Virus record (IMG/VR): IMGVR_UViG_3300033153_005598
Coordinates: 1 to 32,943 of that record
DNA: 32,943 nt
Source: a virus
Lineage: Duplodnaviria; Caudoviricetes
Direction: 5' to 3' (one strand)
Numbering within the stretch: position 1 is the stretch's first letter; the number at the start of each line of letters is the position of its first letter. Positions 1 through 7,912 of the stretch are shown here, piece by piece. A program made the position numbers and the translations under genes. Under the pieces are notes generated by a model, which worked only from the letters and a program-made list of their open reading frames with translations, was not told the origin of the DNA and did not search any database.

Positions 1-14
1 CTGCACCTTTTCGT

Positions 15-209
15 TCATTTCTTTCTCCACACCATTATATATACCGACCAGAAAAGCCATGAGAGCTCGATTTCGATAGTGTAATCACTCATAGTAATGT
101 AGTAGTCTCTGATAACAATGATATTTAGGCATGGTAATAAGATAATGACTCCCTCACCTTTAGCCCCTTCAGACTCACCTTTATGCCAATTGACATGAGC
201 ACGTATCAT
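15..209 (-). CDS. small hypothetical protein with hydrophobic C-terminus
   Basis: ORF track 15..251; more plausible ATG at 209 (MIRAHVNW) after a purine-rich GAAGGAGAAAG. Confidence 0.45.
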   Translation of the reverse strand: MIRAHVNWHKGESEGAKGEGVIILLPCLNIIVIRDYYITMSDYTIEIELSWLFWSVYIMVWRKK

Positions 210-264
210 TTCTTTCTCCTTCCGCTTTAACCGCTTCATGAGCGATCTCAATTAAATTGATATT

Positions 265-423
265 GGCGGCATCGACGGCATAGGCGACGGCATAGGCGGC
301 GGCATAGGCAATAGAGGTAGCATCAACGGCAGCAGCGGCATCGATGGTATAGGTGGCGGCACAGGTAGCATAGGTGGTATCGACGGCAGCAGCGGTATGG
401 GCGGCACGAGCGGCATCGGCGGT
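265..423. repeat. low-complexity GCC/GCT-rich degenerate repeat encoding an Ala/Tyr/Asp/Thr tract
   Basis: Recurrent ggcataggcg and atcgacggca units; translates as AARAAHTAAAVD...AYAAAYAVAYAVDAA. Confidence 0.75.
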
Positions 424-719
424 CCTATCTTTTCTGCTTAACCAACCATTCGCCCATTTATTCCATTTCCTATCTTTGCATACTTTCTTTGCACAGAGAA
501 TAGCAAACCGTATCCGTTGCTCTATCGTTATCCGTGGCATATCTATGCGTTTTATCGTGGTCAGTTTTTTACATCCAACCTTCCGATCCCCGTTCCTCCT
601 ACCTATCTCGCCCTCACACTCCCACATGTGTCCTGTGTATGTATCATATTTGCCATGTATGGGATTCATCAGCACCGCCAAAATTGGGTCAGTATAAGCA
701 TGTATCCAATGCTTGGTAC

Positions 720-802
720 ACAACCTACCCTTTCCGTCTGCCGTGTGGGTCACGCCCTCTCCCCATTGACAGCCCCCGTAGGTCTGATCGTTTTTATCAG
801 TC
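720..802. repeat. 83-bp perfect inverted repeat, left arm (partner 32861..32943)
   Basis: Reverse complement of 720..802 equals gactgataaaaacgatc...aagggtaggttgt at the window end. Confidence 0.95.
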
Positions 803-1085
803 TTAGCCGCTTGATTTCATCTTGAATCGCTTCTTTACGTTGAATCATGATTGTTTTGTTAGGCGCTGATAATATGAGCATTATCGCTTGCATAATCCTA
901 GCTGCCTGGTCTCTGGAAACTGTCTTTTCTTTTAGGCGCTGCTCTTCTGCTTCTAGATTGGCAACATACAATTCCATACCCCCGGGAACGTTTTGGCATT
1001 CAAGGAAATGCCACGGTAATGTTGCACGACACATCTCACAACGCTTTTTAGTTTTGGGCCGGGGGAGGTCTATCATTTCTTTCAT
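750..1085 (-). CDS. hypothetical protein with CxxC/HxxxC; last ~16 codons read out of frame through the inverted repeat
   Basis: ORF track; ATGA overlap with the upstream gene; CEMC...HFLEC motif. Confidence 0.6.
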   Translation of the reverse strand: MKEMIDLPRPKTKKRCEMCRATLPWHFLECQNVPGGMELYVANLEAEEQRLKEKTVSRDQAARIMQAIMLILSAPNKTIMIQRKEAIQDEIKRLRLIKTIRPTGAVNGERA

Positions 1086-1798
1086 TCTCTTTTCCCGTTC
1101 GCTTTATCATACAAATATCCATACACATTGCCAAAAGATTTCTCAAAGTCATAAATTGATGTCTTTGTCCGCCCTGGAGTCTCAAAAAACGCCTTCATCA
1201 CCCCCTTGATAGCTCTAGGCTTATATGTTTTAAGCAGCCGTTTAATCACCGAACCCCAGGCTCCATAATTGATTATCAAGGGGAAGTTCCGATAAAATTC
1301 ATGTAGTTGTGCAAAATGATGTGTGAGTTCTGTAACTCGACTATCTCCAACTTCCGAGTTCTTCCGAGTCCGTTGAGGCTTCTGTGTCTTATCAATAAGA
1401 ATGTCCAATTTCTTGTCTATTTCCCCTAGTACTAGATATATATATAAATCTAGGTTTCCTTTATCTATATTTCCCTTTGTCTTATTATATATACTAGTAT
1501 CTAGTTTCCCACTGGTAAACTTATTGGATATGGTATCTTTATCTCTAGTATTGGCTTTCTCATCACTCCTAGTGATAAGCTCCCCGGTGTGCAAATTCAA
1601 CACTTTGAACACTTTGCAAAGTTCCTGAATGACAAGAAAAAGAACCTGCTCTCGTCTCTCAATTTCAGGGACCGATACCCCCTGTTCCCATTTAGCATAA
1701 GCGGAAGAGCTGATCTTGAGCAAACTCCCCATTTCTCGCTGAGAACGTGATAGGGTGTTTCTTGCTAGTTTAAGGATCTTGTCAAATATATTTGCCAT
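1082..1798 (-). CDS. putative replication initiator with N-terminal XRE-type HTH
   Basis: SQREMGSLLKISSSAYAKWEQGVSVP is an XRE/Cro HTH. It is followed by a low-complexity linker on AT-rich palindromic DNA and a helical C-terminal domain, the architecture of lambda-O-like initiators. Confidence 0.6.
   Translation of the reverse strand: MANIFDKILKLARNTLSRSQREMGSLLKISSSAYAKWEQGVSVPEIERREQVLFLVIQELCKVFKVLNLHTGELITRSDEKANTRDKDTISNKFTSGKLDTSIYNKTKGNIDKGNLDLYIYLVLGEIDKKLDILIDKTQKPQRTRKNSEVGDSRVTELTHHFAQLHEFYRNFPLIINYGAWGSVIKRLLKTYKPRAIKGVMKAFFETPGRTKTSIYDFEKSFGNVYGYLYDKANGKRE
1421..1575. other. candidate replication origin inside the initiator gene
   Basis: AT-rich; seven CTAG (1426, 1432, 1450, 1494, 1501, 1545, 1569); perfect palindromes CTAGTACTAG (1426-1435) and ATACTAGTAT (1491-1500). 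Confidence 0.45.
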
Positions 1799-2084
1799 AA
1801 TTTCTTACCGGGTTCTCAACCTTTCCGTTTTTAACAAGAGTTTGATATTTAAATCTCATATTAGGCCCTGTCGAATAATACAGATCAGCAATAGCCTCCC
1901 AATTCATGCCAGATTCAACTAGCTCAATTAACTTCTGCTCTTTTTCAGGTGTCCAGTCCACGATCATCTCAGAGCCCATTCCTTGCTCTGTTGGCGGAGG
2001 CAGACTAGCAAATGCCCACTTGGTATACCCATCCCCTGTGATTCTCATATGAAATTGCCAATAACAATCTGCATACATATACAT
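1782..2084 (-). CDS. Myb/SANT-like HTH protein (one repeat)
   Basis: WTPEKEQKLIELVESGMNWEAIA motif; likely ATG at 2084 just past the upstream stop; shares RITGDxY...SLPP with the neighbouring gene. Confidence 0.6.
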   Translation of the reverse strand: MYMYADCYWQFHMRITGDGYTKWAFASLPPPTEQGMGSEMIVDWTPEKEQKLIELVESGMNWEAIADLYYSTGPNMRFKYQTLVKNGKVENPVRNYGKYI

Positions 2085-2085
2085 T

Positions 2086-2856
2086 CTATGCAATCCTCTT
2101 TCCTGATATAACAGCACCTTTTTTAAGCGCAATGATCAGCGAGGCATCCTCGTTCTGTTCCCTCTCATTTTGTACCCAGGTCCATAAAATGTCAAGAAGA
2201 TTCGAAAATTCCGGTTGCTTTTTACCTGTTACAAAATCAAAATCCCCGTGCCAGGGCGATGTCTTTTTTCGAGATGTATGATTTTTCATACCTTTTAAAG
2301 TAAGAAAACCAAGGGTATATGCTTTGCCTCTTATCGCTGCCAGAGAACGTCCTAAATGCTCGGCACAATATTCTATCCCCTTGTTAGCGAGGTTTTTCTT
2401 CAAGTATTCTTCTTCTTCGGGTTTCCAAGAATTAGTAGGTAATTTTTTTGTGTGTGTTAGGCCCAATTCTTTGATCTTGGCCCATATAGTGGTCTCGTGT
2501 TTATCTAGGGCGGCTACAAGAGACTTATAGGGATCATTCACGTGCGTCCTCAGATATTCGATTTGTTCTTCGGTCCATTCCCTCTGCTTGCTTAGAGGAG
2601 GGGCTAGGCCACGCCTAACCAATAATCTATAATGAACCAATACTGAGGATGAGGTTGTTATAAAATGATCTGCTAGTTCTTTCCAGCTTTTGTTAGGCGC
2701 CAAAGAAATAAGCTCTTTATCTTTTTCCGCTGTCCATTTAACCCGAAACCGTTCTTCGTTCTTTGTCGGGGGCAGAGACCTGCCAAAGTTGAACAACTCG
2801 TAAGAATCTCCTGTTATGCGTTGGGGTGGATCTTTGCAGCCCTTGTATCTATACAT
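2086..2856 (-). CDS. Myb/SANT-like tandem HTH repeat protein (three repeats)
   Basis: WTAEKDKELI, WTEEQIEYLR and WKPEEEEYLK repeats, each followed by an HTH-like segment (e.g. AEHLGRSLAAIRGKAYTLG). Confidence 0.65.
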   Translation of the reverse strand: MYRYKGCKDPPQRITGDSYELFNFGRSLPPTKNEERFRVKWTAEKDKELISLAPNKSWKELADHFITTSSSVLVHYRLLVRRGLAPPLSKQREWTEEQIEYLRTHVNDPYKSLVAALDKHETTIWAKIKELGLTHTKKLPTNSWKPEEEEYLKKNLANKGIEYCAEHLGRSLAAIRGKAYTLGFLTLKGMKNHTSRKKTSPWHGDFDFVTGKKQPEFSNLLDILWTWVQNEREQNEDASLIIALKKGAVISGKRIA

Positions 2857-2857
2857 T

Positions 2858-3079
2858 TCAATCGTCCAGTGTTATACCTAATTCCTCCATCCTCTCGTGT
2901 ACCCGGTCCCATACTCCCTCTGCAAACTCGGTATTCTTCTCATCATCACCATGTTTCCATACAGGACGAAGGATCTCCCAGTAGAGCCCCCATATAACGC
3001 TTTTCCATTTCCAGCCATTTATTGCATCTTGGTGCTCTATCCTCTCCCTGGGTAAAGAAAACTCAAGTATTGCTTTCAT
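2858..3079 (-). CDS. hypothetical phage protein
   Basis: ORF track; GGAG RBS; TAATG coupling with the upstream ORF. Confidence 0.7.
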   Translation of the reverse strand: MKAILEFSLPRERIEHQDAINGWKWKSVIWGLYWEILRPVWKHGDDEKNTEFAEGVWDRVHERMEELGITLDD

Positions 3080-3240
3080 TAATCTTCTCCTACGGGTTTT
3101 CGGGCTTCTTTAAGACATTTTGTACAGATAACAATATTGTAAAAATGCTTCTTTAGGCGTTTGTGAAACAACGGCTTATCACGGAATCGTACAGAAGCCT
3201 GGGCCTTCCCGCATAGATCACAAACGCCATATTTAGCCAT
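3079..3240 (-). CDS. 53-aa zinc-finger-like protein (not in ORF track)
   Basis: Hand translation MAKYGVCDLCGK...VICTKCLKEARKPVGED*; two CxxC; fills the gap with overlapping ends. Confidence 0.7.
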   Translation of the reverse strand: MAKYGVCDLCGKAQASVRFRDKPLFHKRLKKHFYNIVICTKCLKEARKPVGED

Positions 3241-3607
3241 TTAGTTTCTCCTGGTATTCTCTGATCATTTCTTCAAGTTCAGCGTTGGAAAATTTACGCA
3301 GATTCTTATACTTAGCATGAAGGCGATCATAAGCTGTTTTTCCGAACGTCCCCAAAAACCAGTTAGTGAGGGGATAGGGATCGTATTCATGCTTCAGATT
3401 GCACGATGAGCATTGTGCGAAAGCGTTATCGGGGTCCCACCGGGTACTGTAACTCTGCCTACTGAACAGATGTCCACACTGCAAGTTGTCTCTTGATCCA
3501 CAGGTTACACACCGTTCGTCTCGCTGCCTAATAAACCGGCTAAATACATTATCCAATCTTCCTACTAGGCACTTTCTTTTAGATTTTTTCAACGATTTTA
3601 CCCGCAC
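3233..3607 (-). CDS. ninG: NinG/Rap-family HNH-type structure-specific endonuclease
   Basis: FSRFIRQRD..CVTCG...CGHLFSR...TRWDPDNAFAQCSSCN signature. Confidence 0.85.
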   Translation of the reverse strand: MRVKSLKKSKRKCLVGRLDNVFSRFIRQRDERCVTCGSRDNLQCGHLFSRQSYSTRWDPDNAFAQCSSCNLKHEYDPYPLTNWFLGTFGKTAYDRLHAKYKNLRKFSNAELEEMIREYQEKLNG

Positions 3608-4052
3608 TGAATGTCCTCCATTGCAAAATTATGTCTTGAATGTCTGTTTGAGCATCAAGACACTCGTTGATTGTTCCCCGAATCAGGTTGTACATCTCGT
3701 TTACAGACAGCTCGTTTGTGCTTACTACAAATAAGAATTTTCCATCGGGGGTTTCTACTATCTGGCCATGTCTTTTGCTAGTTAGGCCGTGCTCAATAGA
3801 ATACACAACCCCATGGCGTAGCTTAAAATCCATTTTGACCTTTTCTCGGGAAAGATTGTTTTCTTTGCGGTAAGCATCAACCAGGGCATGAAATAGACGA
3901 AAAGCTTCTTCGCTTCGTTTGGCTGGAAGGGGCTCAATGGTCATGCGGAGTCTGATCCCTTCGGTGAGATTATTCTTATACATTGCCAGATCACCGGGAG
4001 AATCGGGGATGATTAATCCCCTCTTAAACGTAGCGGCTCCTACAAATTTCAT
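3579..4052 (-). CDS. NinB/Orf-like recombination accessory protein
   Basis: RSEEAFRLFHAL...VKMDFK...STNELSVNEMYNLI pattern; adjacent to ninG; ATG 4052 is in ATGA overlap with the upstream gene. Confidence 0.55.
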   Translation of the reverse strand: MKFVGAATFKRGLIIPDSPGDLAMYKNNLTEGIRLRMTIEPLPAKRSEEAFRLFHALVDAYRKENNLSREKVKMDFKLRHGVVYSIEHGLTSKRHGQIVETPDGKFLFVVSTNELSVNEMYNLIRGTINECLDAQTDIQDIILQWRTFSAGKIVEKI

Positions 4053-4810
4053 ACTATCCGTACCTCGCCATGCCATTTACCTATCTTGTTTTTTACCCCC
4101 CAACATTCATCACGATAGCCGCAGTAACTACAATTCCAATCCCCTTTGTATTCACGGCCCTTGTGTTGAAACTTGTCCTTGATTTTTCCATCAACGATAG
4201 ATGCTACATATTCCCTAGGGGGAAGCTCGTTGTCAGACAGATAGTGCTCTACAATTTGGAATCTCATAAGCAGATTCCTGAATCTATGCTCGGTCTCATC
4301 GTTTTTCTGGATTGTGAAAATAGTACGATAGGCGTTGTCACGGCCAAGATAAAAAAGATATCCTTTCCTGCAATCGGACATGTGGAGATAAAGGACTAGT
4401 TGGTTATAATGATCTTCTTTAGGCGCCCCGCTTTGCTGGATGTTCTGAATTCCCCGCCCGTAGGAGCTTTTTACTTCCAATATCTCCCAGGGAGCTTCCC
4501 CGTCCCTAAATCGCACATCAATTCGTCCCTTGATGGGGTATTTCAAAGCTGGATGCTCAAGGAATACTTCAACTTCTTCTTCGACTTCATAACCCGCGCC
4601 CCGGAGCAGATCGGGGATGATCTTGTGGATAGAATTCCCCATGCCCATTTTCCAAAGTGCTCCGGCTTCAATAGGGTTTGAAGGTTCTCGGCCCTTCCAC
4701 TTGTACCAGGCTTGTCTCGCACAAGCAGTACATTCGGAAGGATAGTGGTTAGTCTTTTCCCGCTTCTCGTGTTGTAGCAACACCTTGTCGAGCTCATCTA
4801 TCAGGTCCAT
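4049..4810 (-). CDS. Cas4-like PD-(D/E)xK exonuclease (solo, no CRISPR context)
   Basis: N-terminal CARQAWY, GRID, EVKS, QLVLY and C-terminal CSYCGYRDEC, giving a four-Cys Fe-S arrangement. Confidence 0.85.
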   Translation of the reverse strand: MDLIDELDKVLLQHEKREKTNHYPSECTACARQAWYKWKGREPSNPIEAGALWKMGMGNSIHKIIPDLLRGAGYEVEEEVEVFLEHPALKYPIKGRIDVRFRDGEAPWEILEVKSSYGRGIQNIQQSGAPKEDHYNQLVLYLHMSDCRKGYLFYLGRDNAYRTIFTIQKNDETEHRFRNLLMRFQIVEHYLSDNELPPREYVASIVDGKIKDKFQHKGREYKGDWNCSYCGYRDECWGVKNKIGKWHGEVRIV

Positions 4811-4826
4811 TACGTTCTCCTTCTAC

Positions 4827-5048
4827 TTATGAGAGATTAACGTGTTTACCAAGTCCCGCTTCAAACCAAGAACAATCATTATTTTTATTAATATCTTTAG
4901 GACTATTTTCGAAAAGATCAGCCTTTGCCCGATATGTATCTTTTCTGTTTTGTGGTGCCCGACACCATTCTCGGTAACTGCCTAAAACGCCTATAAAAGT
5001 TTTGAAATATCTACAATTTATGCAAAAGATCTTCTCATTCTTTGTCAT
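4827..5048 (-). CDS. small Cys-rich hypothetical protein
   Basis: CINCRYF...C...NKNNDCSWFE; GAGGGG RBS. Confidence 0.7.
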   Translation of the reverse strand: MTKNEKIFCINCRYFKTFIGVLGSYREWCRAPQNRKDTYRAKADLFENSPKDINKNNDCSWFEAGLGKHVNLS

Positions 5049-5059
5049 GTCATCCCCTC

Positions 5060-5761
5060 TTAATCTCCTTTAACGGCTTTGTAAGCAATCTCGACTAAAT
5101 TGATATCGGCAATATTGGAAGCATAGGAGGCGGCAATGGCAGTGTCGTCCGCGGCATCGCCTGCATAGGCAGCATAGACGAGATCGGCAACATAGGCCGC
5201 ATCAGAGGCATGAGAGGCGGCCTCGGCCACAGCACCCGCCGCATCAGAGGCATGAGAGGCGGCCTCGGCCACAGCACCCGCCGCATCAGAGGCATGAGAG
5301 GCGGCCTCGGCCACAGCACCGCCGTTGTAGATACTGCAAGCGGCGATGCAGGCGACACGGCTGTTTCTATTTTCCCCATTTAACCAATCATTCGCCCATT
5401 TGGTCCATGTTCTGTCTTTGCATACTTTCTTTGCACAGAGAATAGCAAACCGCACCGTCTGCTCTATCGTTATCCGTGGCATATCTATGCGCTTTATTGT
5501 GGTCAGTTTTTTACATCCAACCTTCAGGCCCCTGTCATTTCTGCCGATCTCGCCCTCACACTCCCACATATGTCCTGTGTATGTATCATATTCGCCATGT
5601 ATGGGATTCATCAGCACCGCTAAAATCGGATCAGTATATGCATGTATCCAGTGCTTAGTACACAACCTACCTTTCCCATCTGCCGTGTGGGTCACGCCCT
5701 CTCCCCATTGGCAGTCTCCATAGGTCTGGTCGTTTTTATCAGTCAGCTTGTACAGTTTCAC
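5060..5761 (-). CDS. Ala-rich-tail paralog family protein (copy 2, intact)
   Basis: GTG at 5761 after AGGAG; KLYKLTDKNDQTYG...WIHAYTDPILAVLMNPIH; Ala-rich C-terminus. Confidence 0.8.
   Translation of the reverse strand: MKLYKLTDKNDQTYGDCQWGEGVTHTADGKGRLCTKHWIHAYTDPILAVLMNPIHGEYDTYTGHMWECEGEIGRNDRGLKVGCKKLTTIKRIDMPRITIEQTVRFAILCAKKVCKDRTWTKWANDWLNGENRNSRVACIAACSIYNGGAVAEAASHASDAAGAVAEAASHASDAAGAVAEAASHASDAAYVADLVYAAYAGDAADDTAIAASYASNIADINLVEIAYKAVKGD
5196..5320. repeat. 42-bp tandem repeat x3 (GAVAEAASHASDAA)
   Basis: Unit gccgcatcagaggcatgagaggcggcctcggccacagcaccc starts at 5196, 5238 and 5280. Confidence 0.95.
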
Positions 5762-5898
5762 TTCTCCTGTTCCTTTCCCCAATACCCAGTTGATATATTA
5801 ATGTCAATGTTATAATATAATGCGCCGCTACCCACTGGCCTCTTTAACAGCGGATGTATGCTTTTTCATACATATTAAAGTATACGCGCGGCGCCTAA

Positions 5899-6138
5899 TT
5901 AAAATATATCGTCTTGTTGGTGTGTCTGTTGTCGGGGTTGTCCTTGGGGCTGAGCGGGCTTTGAAATAAACACACTCATATCGGGTGATTTGTCACTCCT
6001 TTTTTGTTTGTTCCTAAACACCACAACCCGTATTTCCTGCCCCCCAACATTAATGATACCGGACATATACCGGGTACCACCCTTGCTCGTTTTTACCCAC
6101 AAAGAACCTATGCGATTGTTGCTGTCTTGGTCGCTCAT
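5899..6138 (-). CDS. small SSB-like (DUF736-like) protein
   Basis: IGSLWVKTSKGGTRYMSG...FRNKQKRSDKSPD, Q/P-rich linker and acidic-aromatic tail DDIF; ATG 6138 after AGGAGG. Confidence 0.6.
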   Translation of the reverse strand: MSDQDSNNRIGSLWVKTSKGGTRYMSGIINVGGQEIRVVVFRNKQKRSDKSPDMSVFISKPAQPQGQPRQQTHQQDDIF

Positions 6139-6146
6139 ATTGCCTC

Positions 6147-6392
6147 CTATACTTCCTCCCAAATGGGATCTTGGTATACACAATTATAGTTATAATGCCT
6201 TTTGTATGTTTTGCATACTGCATCTACAATATCTTCCACTACGCCATCTTTAAGATGCTCAGCGATGTTTTGATCCCCATTTGTTGAAATTATTAAGTGC
6301 CAGCCTTCTTCGGTTAGAGGGTTAAGTTTTCCTGCCACTTGATATTTAATACCATCAACATCAACAGAACCAATCGAAAAGCTTACTTCCAT
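6147..6392 (-). CDS. hypothetical protein
   Basis: ATG 6392 (MEVSF) after GAGGT. Confidence 0.6.
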   Translation of the reverse strand: MEVSFSIGSVDVDGIKYQVAGKLNPLTEEGWHLIISTNGDQNIAEHLKDGVVEDIVDAVCKTYKRHYNYNCVYQDPIWEEV

Positions 6393-6405
6393 AGCTACCT
6401 CATAA

Positions 6406-6490
6406 TAAAAATACCCGATGCGTCCCAACGGGGCACACCGGGTATAAGGAGGGTGATCATCAACACTTGCGCTATTCGCTCAATTTGCAT
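6406..6490 (-). ncRNA. candidate ~85-nt small RNA or leader carrying an anti-Shine-Dalgarno
   Basis: Bounded by a consensus promoter and a terminator; contains GAUCACCCUCCUUA. Confidence 0.45.
6407..6445 (-). terminator. rho-independent terminator
   Basis: Minus strand ATACCCGGTGTGCCCC-GTT-GGGACGCATCGGGTAT (two G-U pairs, one mismatch) followed by TTTT. Confidence 0.75.
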
Positions 6491-6496
6491 ATTCAA

Positions 6497-6525
6497 ACCA
6501 TATCACAAAACAATTAAATTGTCAA
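6497..6525 (-). promoter_or_regulatory. sigma70-type promoter
   Basis: TTGACA-N17-TATGGT with extended -10 TG. Confidence 0.75.
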
Positions 6526-6544
6526 GTAGTTTCTTTAAGTTTTT

Positions 6545-6973
6545 TTAGTGTCTGTCCTGCACTCCTTTGAACTTTTCATATGTTCTCATACCGGCCAAGC
6601 CCAACATTCCAAAAAGTAACGTCATTAAAGGGGCCATGTCTATAGGGGGCATAGTTAGGCCCACTATTTGTGATAGCAGGGGTGCTATCAAAAAATGATA
6701 AGCTAGGGCAATTCCACACACCCATAAAATAAAGGGGCGAGCCCCGGCTACAAAGAATCGTGCTGATCTCGCCGCCGCTGCATTTACTTCTGCTTGTGCT
6801 TTTGCTATATCAACCTCCATCTGGGCCAAGGCCATATCAAATTTTGCTTGTTCGTCCGGGGGAAGATTCTTTGCAAAAGTGTTGCGGATATTACGGGTTG
6901 CGCCTGACAAAGTAGTAATCGTTTCTCCCACAACCTTAGCGCCGCCGGCGCCTAACCACGAAAAAATCCCCAT
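6545..6973 (-). CDS. holin (3-TM, GTA-holin-like family)
   Basis: FFVAGARPFILWVCGIALAYHFLIAPLL...LLFGMLGLAGMRTYEK signature. Confidence 0.85.
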   Translation of the reverse strand: MGIFSWLGAGGAKVVGETITTLSGATRNIRNTFAKNLPPDEQAKFDMALAQMEVDIAKAQAEVNAAAARSARFFVAGARPFILWVCGIALAYHFLIAPLLSQIVGLTMPPIDMAPLMTLLFGMLGLAGMRTYEKFKGVQDRH

Positions 6974-7080
6974 ACTTTCCTCCAGATTCTTATTATATTA
7001 TCCCACAGAAAGATGATATATGTCTCCAAAAATACACCTATCACCCACAACCACCAAAAAACGATCCTATATCGTTTCAT
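6952..7080 (-). CDS. 42-aa hydrophobic peptide (not in ORF track)
   Basis: MKRYRIVFWWLWVIGVFLETYIIFLWDNIIRIWRKVWGFFRG*; ATGA overlap with the upstream gene. Confidence 0.5.
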   Translation of the reverse strand: MKRYRIVFWWLWVIGVFLETYIIFLWDNIIRIWRKVWGFFRG

Positions 7081-7397
7081 TCCTCTTTCTCCTTCAATTC
7101 ACGATACCGCTTCAACGCCGTAGTGGAGCATACTCCTAATAGTCTAGCCACTTCTGTATGCTTCTTGATCGGCCAATAGCGAAGCAGTAAGACGTCTTTC
7201 TGTGGGGTCCAGTCAATTTCAGCAGGTCCCTTTGCGGAAGGCAGAGCATCAAAGGCTTTAAGGGTTTCTTCGTCAATCTCAACCTGAATTATATGGTTGG
7301 AATTTCGATGCGTTGGTCCAAATGGGATAATATTATTCTGTTTCCCATTTCTTTTAGGTTGCTTCTTTCCCCAAGATGTATGTCTAATCTCGTCCAT
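7077..7397 (-). CDS. protein with C-terminal Myb-like HTH
   Basis: WTPQKDVLLLRYW...HTEVARLLGVCSTTALKRYREL; ATG 7397 after AGGGGG. Confidence 0.6.
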   Translation of the reverse strand: MDEIRHTSWGKKQPKRNGKQNNIIPFGPTHRNSNHIIQVEIDEETLKAFDALPSAKGPAEIDWTPQKDVLLLRYWPIKKHTEVARLLGVCSTTALKRYRELKEKEE

Positions 7398-7405
7398 GTT
7401 TCCCC

Positions 7406-7912
7406 CTATGCTTCTACCCATCTTCGGATCTCATCAAGACCAACTGGGTAATAATCCCATGAATCCACACCTATGTCTAAAACTCTATCAGGAGGATTTG
7501 TTAGGCGGCCGTGACTGTGGCCGTGTAACATGATGCTACCATAATGAGATCGGGGCCAGCTTAACATCGGATAATGACAAACAACAACATATACATCCCC
7601 TATCTTCCGCTCCCAGAGGAAGGGTAAGTTTGTGCCCCATTTGTCATGCGAGCCTTGTAGAAACACATGATATCCATTAAGCTGCTCGATAATCTCCCCC
7701 ACTTTCTTCTTGGCTGCCAGGGCAAAATCACCGGCGTGAATTACGGTATCATTCTTGCCCACTACTTCATTATGCCGCCTAATTAATTTTTCATTCATCT
7801 CTTCAACTGTAGTAAACGGTCTTTGAGTATATTTAAGAATGTTCTGATGAAAATAGTGCTCGTCGGCTGTAAAAAAGTAGTTAGGCGTCGCGCTGCGACA
7901 CTCTGGTTTCAT
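7406..7912 (-). CDS. calcineurin-like metallophosphoesterase
   Basis: FTADEH, AGDF, GSHD, CHYP and HGHSH motifs; start re-assigned to ATG 7912. Confidence 0.85.
   Translation of the reverse strand: MKPECRSATPNYFFTADEHYFHQNILKYTQRPFTTVEEMNEKLIRRHNEVVGKNDTVIHAGDFALAAKKKVGEIIEQLNGYHVFLQGSHDKWGTNLPFLWERKIGDVYVVVCHYPMLSWPRSHYGSIMLHGHSHGRLTNPPDRVLDIGVDSWDYYPVGLDEIRRWVEA

Larger units (their letters stand above)
181..802 (-). pseudogene. 5'-truncated copy of the Ala-rich-tail paralog family (copy 1)
   Basis: Near-identical to 5060..5761 from TDKNDQTYG to about WLS/WLN. Homology stops at 802 and the MxKLYKL start and RBS are missing. An in-frame stop lies just upstream. Only an internal GTG at 753 (190 aa) is available. 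Confidence 0.6.

Noticed and set aside
4049-5320. CRISPR locus (Cas4-like gene plus nearby repeats)
   Set aside because: The 42-bp repeats are contiguous, spacer-less and in-frame coding; no other cas genes
5779-5807. TTGACA upstream of paralog copy 2 as a promoter
   Set aside because: The hexamer at 17-bp spacing (TATTGG) is a poor -10 lacking the final T
6445-6458. rRNA gene fragment
   Set aside because: Similarity is limited to about 14 nt; the flanks do not resemble 16S helix 45
6136-7431. Similar gene junctions at about 6136-6170 and 7395-7430 (GxSIGGNM in shadow frames)
   Set aside because: Short, purine-rich RBS context; the similarity can arise by chance
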